A stretch of DNA of 64,000 bases. Source: Octopus sinensis (Eukaryota). Numbering within the stretch: the first letter of the stretch is position 1; every line of letters starts with the position of its first letter. The notes below the pieces were generated by a model that had not been told where the DNA came from, made no database searches, and saw only the letters and a program-made list of their open reading frames with translations. The stretch is from NCBI RefSeq assembly GCF_006345805.1, contig NC_042997.1, positions 151,094,001 through 151,158,000 on the forward strand, written 5' to 3'. The position numbers and the translations under genes are program-made. Positions 53,337 through 64,000 of the stretch are shown here, piece by piece.

Positions 53337-55329
53337 CCAAAACATGTATAGTAAATAAACATACGAATGCATACTAAATACTCAGAGGAACAGACAATAT
53401 AGGTCACCAACTCCTCTTTAGTTATAGGCCAGACGGTCAAGGCGAAATTTTGGCCTTTATTGACAGTATTGCTTCCACTCTGGAGGCACCAGCAAGAAAC
53501 TTACCGAGAATGAGATCAAAACATAAGAAGACAAGACGAGACTATTAGTAAACCAATGAAGGACAAAACCATAAACTGAATCAAGGTCACACAAAAACAA
53601 CAATTACAATGAAAATAATAAATACACAGCAAAAAAGCGTTAGTGTAATGATGGTAAGGGATCAAGCTCTTTCCGATGCGAATATGGTGTCTGTCAGTCA
53701 GATACGCGCACTATTCTAACCCTTCTTTTTGCCCGTACTTTGCCTTATACATTTTTAGATTCTCCTGGTCTAGTGTTCACTCATAAAAAATAAAAGCGCT
53801 ATCAAACATTTTCACAGTTTCTCAGGTTGCCATTCATAATGAGTGCAGCTCCGACGTGTACTCCCTCGTTAGCCTAGGAATCGACAGTTTCCCCTCATCC
53901 TACGATTTTAGCATTTACCTCGTGTGCTTACTCACGCATACTTACTTACTTTCACTATGTCCTTCAAGTTAATTTTGGGAATTACACAACATTTTCGTTG
54001 AGGTGTATCTTCCTCACGTAGCGAAATATACGCAAGGAAACTTAAGCTGCTATTCATACACCCATGCATTTTCCAATTATTCTAAAGTTATGTTTTCTAT
54101 AATTCAGGCAGCGTGTCGAGGTTTTAAGTATCTATTCATTTCTTATTTTACTCCTTTTTCATTTTCTATTTCAACCACTCATGTGTAATCGCATTTATAA
54201 TTCGCTAAAATCCTCAAAAATAGCAAAAATTATAGACTAATTTTGATTGCTTTTGAATGAATATAAAATTTCCCTGACAAGGCTTTCTACTGCTTTGTTA
54301 CAATTTAGTTGATTGTTTGAGAAAGTGCATGCAAATTAATTTCAGAATAATACCTCCAATATTTTATTAGCGCCGTTTTGAATCACTAGTTTCAAATACA
54401 TCTTATTTATAGGGCGTGAAGAAATAGAGTTAGATGTTTTAATCTGCAATATTTTTTTTTTGCTGTGCATGAAATATCTGACGCTGTTTGAGCTCAAACT
54501 ATTATCCTCAGCTGGAGAGCAAGTCAAAAATATACTGAAGTTGGTAAAAATTTCAACAGCACCTAGAGCAATAATTACTAAGATTATCTGTGAAAATATA
54601 ATGTCAAACTGACATGTCATTCAGATCGTAGTCTTAAGATCCAAAAGCAGTAGCACGAAGGCGCACTGATGAAACGTGAATGGAAGAAGTTTGTGGCATG
54701 AATTAACCTTAATGTATTAAAAAGACGAAAACGTAATTTTGCAGAATTTATCGTACTTTATATCTAGATCTTATACAATAGGTATATTACTCGCAAATCC
54801 CGTGACGAGGCAAAAATTAGGTTATTTTTTTTAATGCGTATATTGCTATTTTGAAACATTAAGTATACGAAACATAAATAGAACTCTCGAAGACTTTTAC
54901 ATATATATTTTTTTTTTTGTTTCTGTACACATTATTAATCAATGAAATCCAGAAGGGCACTGAGTAATTGAATAACATACTTCACGTCAAATGGCAACAC
55001 AAAATTCATTTTTATATCTAAAGACATAGAATGTAAATAAAATGCGTGAAATCGAAAGAGAGATAGGTACAATACATAAAAATAAAAAAAAAATCTGTTT
55101 CTTCTGAGGAAATATTTGAGTGGAACAATATGTCATGACATAGAGATATCTACTGAAGAAAAGAAGTGTCTGAAAGTTTGAAAAATTCAAAACAGTCTCT
55201 TTTTGTTAGCAGACACTTTAAGAGGTCAAATAACTGTTCAATTTTCACCCACATAGTATTGTGTTTACACCCCTCCCCATATATATATATATTATATAAT
55301 ATATATATATATAATATATATATATATAT

Positions 55330-55375
<46 letters not shown>

Positions 55376-55405
55376 GGAAAAAAGTCAAAATAATTTTATA
55401 AAATA

Positions 55406-55441
55406 CATTACTGGTTTTAGTCATTGAGACTTTTTCAACTG
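55406..55441 (-). ncRNA. Degenerate hammerhead-like motif (U3-A8 core variant)
   Basis: CAG-TTGAAAA-AGTC(tcaat)GACT-AAAACCAGTA-ATG next to (TA)n. G12 is lost. Confidence 0.3.
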
Positions 55442-56002
55442 TAAGTGTGGAAAACAATTAAATTTTGGAAAAATTAAAAGAATAGTTTTTTAAAAGAATA
55501 TTTGCATAGTGTTCAAATACAAGTGGCATTTTTCTTGTTTCTGCCTCTCTCTCTCTCACTCTTGTTTACTCTTGTGGTTAGAGGTCGTTGTGAATTCTTT
55601 GGTAGGACAGAAGAAGAAGAAGAAGAAGAAGAAGAAGAGAAGAAGAAGAAGAAGAAGAGAAGAAGAAGAAGAAGAAGAAGAAGAAAGTTAGGAAGGAGGA
55701 GGAAGGAAACCAAGAAGGGGAAGGAAACAGAAGGGAGAAGGAGAAGGAATGTAGGTAATATGAAAATAGTAAGGAGTTAAATACTATATATTAACTGTTT
55801 TAGTAAGGTAACTGAGCATATCCAGGTCGTCCCTTATATAGCTTTTGACATGCTTGAGGAATGGTTTTAAGAGGGTATCTAAAAAGTTACTGAGGCGGTG
55901 GGTTTCGCATGCAGGATCTGCTATTATAGGTCTCAATTTGAGGTCATTAGGAGTAGGAACTTATAATAATAATTATTATTATAATAATATTATTATTATT
56001 AA

Positions 56003-56040
<38 letters not shown>

Positions 56041-56041
<1 letters not shown>

Positions 56042-56300
56042 TTTTTTTTTTCCTCTTTCAAATTTGCTTCCATTTCTTGCCGAGTGTCTTCCCAACTCCT
56101 AGGGCAAAGAAACTCAGAGTATACATTGGTAGGCCATTAAACCAAACTCAGTAGTTCGTTCATTTTTTATTTATTTTTTTTTTTTTTATTTTAAGTTAAA
56201 TTAAAATACATGAGCAGCAACAGTTCTCACATCGACAATGCTCTTCTCAATACGTGTGATGTGCCAGTTAAGGCAATCTTTTGCACTTCTTGCAGGGATG
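56041..56300 (-). mobile_element. 3' end of an R4/Dong-like LINE between (TAA)n tracts
   Basis: Encodes PSLQEVQKIALTGTSHVLRRALSM*. The 3' UTR end resembles 16545-16605. (TTA)n at 55962-56040 and 56302-56378. Confidence 0.75.
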
Positions 56301-56377
<77 letters not shown>

Positions 56378-56378
56378 G

Positions 56379-56550
56379 TGTAAGAGAGCAGTTCATGCCT
56401 TCAAGTGACATGGGGTTAAAACATACGAAGCCTAATATGCCAATCATGACTACGCATCTTATAAGAGTATATCAGACCCATGCATCACAAATATATGTGC
56501 GTGATATGGTGATTTCCTACCAAGATAATCAGCGCATGACCTTGCAGGTA
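56379..56550 (-). mobile_element. Partial, older copy of the 550-bp (TAA)n element, joined to a SINE fragment (56555-56715)
   Basis: agagagcagttcatgcc...atgaccttgcaggt matches 15578-15746. Confidence 0.8.
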
Positions 56551-56836
56551 GCGCCAAATGTCTTTACGTTCGGAGATCAAACTCCGCAGGGGTCGACTTT
56601 GCATTTTATCCTCTCGGGGGTCGATGAAATAATTACCAGTTGAAAACTGGATTCAATGAAATCGACTCGCTTTATCCCCAAATGTTCAGGTCTTGTGTCT
56701 ATAGTAGAAACGATTATTATCTATATTATTATTTCTCTTTTTTCTTTTCCTTCCTCTTCTTATCTTCTTTTTATCATCACTACTACTACTACTACTAATA
56801 CTACTACTACTACTACTATTACTACTACTGCTGCTG

Positions 56837-56898
<62 letters not shown>

Positions 56899-58396
56899 TC
56901 TGCTACTACTACTACTACTCTCTTTATATAGGCTGTGAGAATTGTAGTACACCATTAACAGTTCCTATGTTTTCTATTTTGAGGCTTCTTCACATGTGAA
57001 TTATTATATATATAATATGCTGATTACATTTCTGTTTTTCGAAGTAACTGTGTATCATTACAGCTATACCAATGGAAATTGGCACGAAAGTCATATTTGC
57101 TTCTTACATGCTATAGTGTATTTAATGCTGTATCTAAGCCAGTAACATTTTATGTCATTTACGCTTATTTATGTACCAAATTATATACATTCACAATGTC
57201 CATATCCATAATTAACATTCGATTATTATGTTTATCACAAACAATGCCTAGCTTGCTGTATGCTAAATGAAGGTCCATGTGGCTATTAGATTTTTATCGA
57301 ATATTTCTATTGTTACATTCTTAGATAGTAAGGAATGTTTACGGAATTGCTTTGCTAATAGTAAATTGATCTGTCGTTACGGCTGCAAGTATATTTAGTA
57401 GTAACTAATTAATGCTTGGCATCCTATTATGACACCGTTTAATATTGTATAAAGTACACAGTTGGTATTTGTAGTATACATTAGACAGAACATGCATATG
57501 AAGAATCGCTCGATCTGATAGAAACAGTAACCAAATTCATCTCAAATCATGCGCCTGCAACTTATATATAAACATTAATAAGATAAGTAATCCAACATAC
57601 CTTAATATGATGAGAAGTGGTAGATTACGTTTGATTATATAAGCCTACTCAGTCAGATCTGATCTGGGGTTAAATAGCAAGAATAATAAGATTGTAAGAA
57701 ATTGTGATAAGACAAGTTTTAACTGTTTCCTTCGAATATAAATGCTCTTTCTCTAACTTCTTTATCTCTTCAATATTGTTCATAATGCTTAGTTTTATGT
57801 TTGATATAGATTATTTATGGGTATAAAATTTCTTTGGGGAGAAAAAAGTCAAATCCATGTTACGATCGCTTCCGTAAACGAAATTTGTTTATTCCGTACC
57901 ATATAGAAATTTATGCTAAACATGCAAAATATGTGGCGTTTCATATCAGAGTTTCTCAGAAAGTAAATGGACTGTAACGTCATTACATATGTTACCAATA
58001 TTACATGTATCCCATGGATTTATGTGTAGTATGGAATAAACAACTTTCGCTTAGCGTAACGCTAATGAGGTCGATTTCACTTCTCTTTCCCACAATCAAG
58101 TAAATCATGTTTCGCTTTGTGAGGCTCATAACATATCTATTGATAGTACTTTGGAATCGCCAATTATTCCATTTTATCATATGGTGAAGTATAACTGATA
58201 TTCCTTTGGTATTTTTGATGCTACGCAAAACATATTCCTGCTCCCTCAGGGTACATCATTAAATTTTACTTTTAATTCATTTAATCATACAGCTTAAATA
58301 GTTATTTAAAATGACCGACATTGTTAGATTAAGAGAACAATTTCAAGACGTACTAATCTCCATATTCTTTGTAATTGTTTCAGATTTACACACACG

Positions 58397-58460
<64 letters not shown>

Positions 58461-58463
<3 letters not shown>

Positions 58464-58610
58464 TAGAAAAAAACACCTTTTATCAATTCAATAATGAAAA
58501 ATTAAATTATACCATTTAGAAAAATTACATCTTATATTATAAGATATTATTTTTCTAAATGGCATAATTTCATTTTTCATTATTGAGTTGATAAAAGGTG
58601 GTTTTTAAAA

Positions 58611-58645
<35 letters not shown>

Positions 58646-58898
58646 TATATTTTGTGAAATTTGTTTTAGTATATCTAAATTGAACTTTTCCCTGTAAGTT
58701 TGGAATAATATTCCCTCATATTATTATTACATTATATATATATATATAAATTAGAAAAAAACACCTTTTATCAATTCAATAATGAAAAATTAAATTATAC
58801 CATTTAGAAAAATTACATCTTATATTATAAGATATTATTTTTCTAAATGGCATAATTTCATTTTTCATTATTGAGTTGATAAAAGGTGGTTTTTAAAA

Positions 58899-58939
<41 letters not shown>

Positions 58940-59026
58940 ATTATATTTTGTGAAATTTGTTTTAGTATATCTAAATTGAACTTTTCCCTGTAAGTTTGGA
59001 ATAATATTCCCTCATATTATTATTAC

Positions 59027-59030
<4 letters not shown>
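58461..59030. repeat. Two tandem ~288-bp units, each with a ~150-bp fold-back, inside (TA)n
   Basis: caccttttatcaattcaataatgaaaaa...tttttcattattgagttgataaaaggtg arms. Units start at 58461 and 58749. Confidence 0.85.
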
Positions 59031-59106
<76 letters not shown>

Positions 59107-59218
59107 GTGTATCTCCACTCCAAAACGGCCGTACCGTAGGAACCGATGTTACTCCCATTCTAACCCCAGCAGCACGCTTCGACTAGCTGTTTATTCGTTG
59201 TAATGTTGTAATCTGCAG

Positions 59219-59375
59219 TCGAGACATATTTCAAGCAGGGGAGTGAACCCCTACTCTCTTCCAACCACGAGATTACCAGACAGTTCAGTTTCGAGCTCTT
59301 TGTTCTCATCCTCGCTGATGGATACTCGTCCGCTAGTTATGGCAGTAGTTCACTCCAGCACGCAATATATAGAAA
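59219..59375 (+). other. Candidate 157-nt internal exon
   Basis: atctgcag| acceptor, |gtaagt donor, GC-richer than flanks, two frames open. Confidence 0.3.
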
Positions 59376-61029
59376 GTAAGTGGCCCTCAGTCACTGATCT
59401 TGCAGCATTTAGCTACTTAGAAAAGCTTAGAAAAAATAAGAGATGAAAGCAGTAGTTATATTGAGAAGTAATATGTATCACCATTTCAACACAGCTGTTC
59501 TTTAGATTATTTAATACTTGAAATTATTGAAAACTTAGCACTGATGAAATATGGCATTCATAGTTGTTTATCTATATCTACATTGCCGAAATCGGAAGAA
59601 AATCGAGGACTCTGAAAGATGCTTTGCATATTATTTTATTAATAGCTCTGTTGAAAAGAAATGTGTGTCTAAATGTGGCTTGTCAGTAAGAAATCAAATA
59701 GTTTACTATTCAGAATCTTTTCTTATTTTTAATCATGATCGACTAATAACACTTCATATTCTAAATCATTACAAATATATGTATCGCTAATGAATTATTA
59801 TCATCTGGCTATCATAACTACAATTCAATTAGAATTGAAGGACATAATTCAGATCTGCAAATTATTTTCTATGATAATTTTCCATGAGCAATACACGTGT
59901 AGAGAGATTTTAATGCATACACATGCCTTGTCTTAATTTCGAACGAACATGTGTCTTTTGGCAAACATAGCATTATAAAATGTTAACTAAAATATAAATT
60001 TGCTCTTTTCTGCGTGTAATAATTTTGTTGCCCCATTACAAATATTTTATTCTAACAAGAAAACTATAAAAACAACTAGTTAGTAACATCCTAAATCAGG
60101 CCTCTGCTCAATTATCTAATGATTATTTCAGTTTTCCCATTTTTTCAAGGAATGAGAATGTTGATGGGATAATAATTTGATATGTTCCAGTGTTAACATG
60201 GATTTGATACACTAGTAACACATAAGCTGTGAAATAATCACAAGTAATGGTCATTTTCAGATTATTTTGAAGCATTTGAGATATGAAAGACATAATAATC
60301 TTCAACATGATCGCCACACGATATTTTAGATAACATGATTTCATATACAAAGCATTGTATATGAAGTAATATCAAGCTTTCCGTAAACAAAGAGCTGGTT
60401 TCTAAAAAAGACACAATGTTCCGTAGTAGGAGTGTCGATAATAAAATCTATGTCATATTTTAAACTTGAGAAGCATCATGCATACTTGTATTTTTTCGCT
60501 TTCAAATTGTATTTGTAATGAGCATGCAGCTGGTTGATGTTTCATTCTGAAGATCCAAGATTTACCTGTCACTTATGCTCCTTCCAAACCTTTATGCATG
60601 ATCCCTTATGCGTTTATTCACGAAACTAAATACACCAATAATGATTGATATAATTGTAAAATTACTATCTATGTATGACAGATGCTGGTTTGTTAGCAGT
60701 TTTCCAGTTTTGCGATTTTCGAAGATATATGTTAACATCCGACTGTGCTTATTTGTTTCTTGTCTCTCCTAACACAAGATATCTAGCTTGTTATGATTGC
60801 CTACGCATACATGAGTGCATGTATGTATGTATGTATGTATGTATGTATGTATGTATGTATGTATGTATGTATGTATGTATGTATGTATATAGGTAGGTAG
60901 GTAGGTATATATGTAGAAATGCTTGTATGTATCATGTATGTATCATGCACTTACGTAGGTAGGTATGAATATAAATATGTTTAAATATGTATATAGGTAT
61001 ATTTATATGTCTGTTTGTGTATGTGTGTC

Positions 61030-61060
<31 letters not shown>

Positions 61061-62247
61061 ACGTGAGTGCATGTGTGTATGTGATTACAAGTCATTCAAG
61101 AGGCTGGAGTTACATTACTTTATTCTGTGCTTAACTGGGTAGAATAGAAAAATGCATATAAAGACGAAAATATAAAGAGATCTTCATTTTCATTCGAAGA
61201 AGGGACTGGGTATAAAAGCGATGAAAGAATCGGCTGTTGGGAGATGGGCAAATACTTGCGAGAGGGCCAAAATTCATTCTCCATTTCAGTTATTTCAATT
61301 ACAAACGAAGTACATTCTATATTATGATGCGAGGAAAACAAAGTGGTAAATGTGGTCGAGTAGTCGTTTCCTCATCTCAGCAACGTAGATGCTGTTTGAA
61401 CTCGAAAGATCGACAGTTATGAGTTTCACCACGAGGAATGTGAAGTTGCAAGCTGGAAAGCAGAATATAGTACAATGTAAGCAGTATGAAGCGATTGTTG
61501 TTGCTCCTTGGCCTAACTCAATGTAAAGAGAAAACCACCATAAGCGATATCAAGTCTACAGTGGAGAGCAAAAACCAGTGGATTTGGTAAAAAAAAAAGA
61601 GATGTGTATAGTGGTTAGATGGATATTGATTGAAGCCTAGTAAGTATATGATCTTGCAAGTGGAGGCTCATCATAGTGAGGAGTGCCGGAGCACCATAAT
61701 AACATCCAGTGGAAAGCTACGAAAGGGCACGCTTTCTTCTCTCAGGACACTATTAATGAGCAATTTCGTCTGCATGTTCTCTGCAAATAATCTAAGCAAG
61801 ATTTCAGACAAGTAATTACAGTTACCGACTGAAAAATTAAATCCAAGATTTTTCACTCATTTATATATCATGGAGCTTATACGTGTACGTGTGTATATCA
61901 GTGTATATCCCTATGTTTGTAGATATGCGTGTGTGCAACTTGAGAGTGGATTACGCAGACCAAAACTGAGAGAAAACCGCCGTATCTATGTGTATTATGT
62001 GCGTGTATGTGTGTGTATGTGTGCATATTCTAACAGGTGTGTGCATGTATATGGATGTATGGATGTGCGCCTGTGTATATGTGTTTCTCTCGCACCACTG
62101 CCTGGCAACTGGTGTTGCTTTGTTTACGTCCCTGAAAAACAAAATAAACCATTCAAAGCATCGCCCGAGCATGGCTGCATTCCCATTACCAAACTGTGTG
62201 TTAGTGTGAGTGTGCATGCGCGCATATATAATTATATATATATTATA

Positions 62248-62303
<56 letters not shown>

Positions 62304-62953
62304 TTTAAGTGTGTGTGTGTGTATGTACGCTGTATAAACATTCATTTCATACGTATGTGAATGTATTTGTGCTTAATTGTGTGTGTGTGTTTGTTTGTGT
62401 TTGTGTGTGTGAGATACAGAGAGAGCGCGAGGGAGGGGAATTATATTTATCTCTCCTTGTGGACATGCGTGTGCGCATATGAATGTGTAGTTGTGATCGG
62501 CAGAGGCGGTACATATCTATTATTGAATTCGACCGTATTTACTTGAATTTACAATATGAATTGTAGATAAACGTAACGAAAAACCATAAGCAAAGAAAAT
62601 ACGCAAAGATAAGGACCTGAACAATGGATGCATAACAATGATTGATGCAGGTATAGTAAAAAGTGAAGATTATTTGAAATAACAATAAAAAATAGAATGT
62701 GAAATAATTCGGAAATCCAAGGCTGAGAAGCCCAGCACAACTGCTAAAGCATAAGCAGTGAGATAGAATGCTGCGAAAATATTCATATTTGTTTAATCTT
62801 TTCATCGTTAAATTCTTGTCTAAACCAGATAATTCAGATATATGTGTGTACGTATTTTTGCATGTATATATATATATATACACATTAGTGTCGTATTTTT
62901 ACGTTCGCTATTTCCAGTAAATATCGGTACTTAGTTGTGCCATTTATTTACTA

Positions 62954-62992
<39 letters not shown>

Positions 62993-63011
62993 TATACGTA
63001 TATATACATAT

Positions 63012-64000
63012 ATGGCCTAAATGTCTCTCCTCGCCAGACATCGACGTGAAACTTCAACAATTCATGTCTGTAATGCAAGCCATATGCTACAAATGTGTCC
63101 CAGAGAGAAAGGCCACTGTACACAAGAACAAAATCCCCAGAGAGAGGAAAATCTTAATGAGACGGCGTACGAAATTTTCAAATCGCCTAAACAAACAGAT
63201 TGAAAGCAGTGAAAAGTCCCGCCTAAAAATAAAACTGTTGGAAATCGAAAAATGTCTGCAACTCTCCCATGAAAAAGAAAGAGCAGACAAAGAAGCCTGG
63301 GCTATAGAAAACATAAAATCTAACCCCAGAGCTTTCTACAGATATGCCAAAGAAACAGCTACAGTGCACTGTAGAATAGGGCCACTCCTCGAAAAGGATG
63401 GCACACTTACAGGAAAACCAATGAGGGTAAGTGAAATACTGAATGAGCAATTCAAGAGTGTTTTCACTCCACCCCTTGGGCATCTCCAAATCACCAATCC
63501 AACTGACTTTTTTACCACTGCAGATATAAAATCAGAGGCGGCGACGATAGATTACATCGATATAAAGGAAGACGATGTAACCAAGGCTATAGATGAAATG
63601 AAAACAGACTCAGCTACTGGCCCCGATGGATTCCCGGCAATCCTCCTAAAAGACAGTCCTAGCAAGACCACTGCAGTTCCTCTTTCAGAGCTTCCTTGCA
63701 GCTGGCAAACTTCCAGGAAAACTGAAGGAAGGTAAAATATGCCCCATTCATAAAGGAGGTAGCAGAGCGGAAGCCAAGAACTATAGACCTATCTCTCTGA
63801 CCTCACACATCAGCAAGGTCATGGAACGAATAGTCAGAAGGAAGCTGATCACCTTCCTTGAAGAGAATGACTTGCTGCCCGACACACAACATGGTTTCCG
63901 ACCAGGGAGAAGCTGTTTAACTCAGCTCCTACAACACTATGACTGGGTGCTGAAACGGCTGCTCAACCACTCAAATGTGGAAGTGATATATCTCGACTTT
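63012..64000 (+). mobile_element. Second CR1/L2-group LINE copy, 5'-truncated, running off the window
   Basis: Homologous to 25100-26085 (WPKCLSSPDID...NYRPISLTSH...YLDF), with a frameshift near 63650. Starts at a (TA)n tract. Confidence 0.93.

Overview
AT-rich, gene-poor eukaryotic DNA, most likely intronic or intergenic animal sequence. The tRNA-SINE families look like those of Octopus/cephalopods (inference from recognition, not a database hit). No intact host gene, rRNA, true tRNA or CRISPR array was found. The window is a mosaic of microsatellites ((TA)n, (CA)n, (TAA)n, (GAA)n) and transposon debris: two CR1/L2-group LINE copies, R4/Dong-like LINE remnants, mariner, Tc1, hAT and Chapaev3-like fragments, non-autonomous Helitrons, a Penelope-like RT fragment and many SINEs. 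Two systems stand out. (1) At least six different non-coding elements inserted in (TA)n tracts carry minimal type-I hammerhead ribozyme motifs; three have a divergent inverted or permuted-tandem architecture typical of Penelope pseudo-LTRs/retrozymes. (2) A (TAA)n microsatellite hosts a same-orientation stack of a ~550-bp non-coding retroelement, a short hybrid element and Dong-like LINE remnants. A few isolated exon-like islands remain unexplained.
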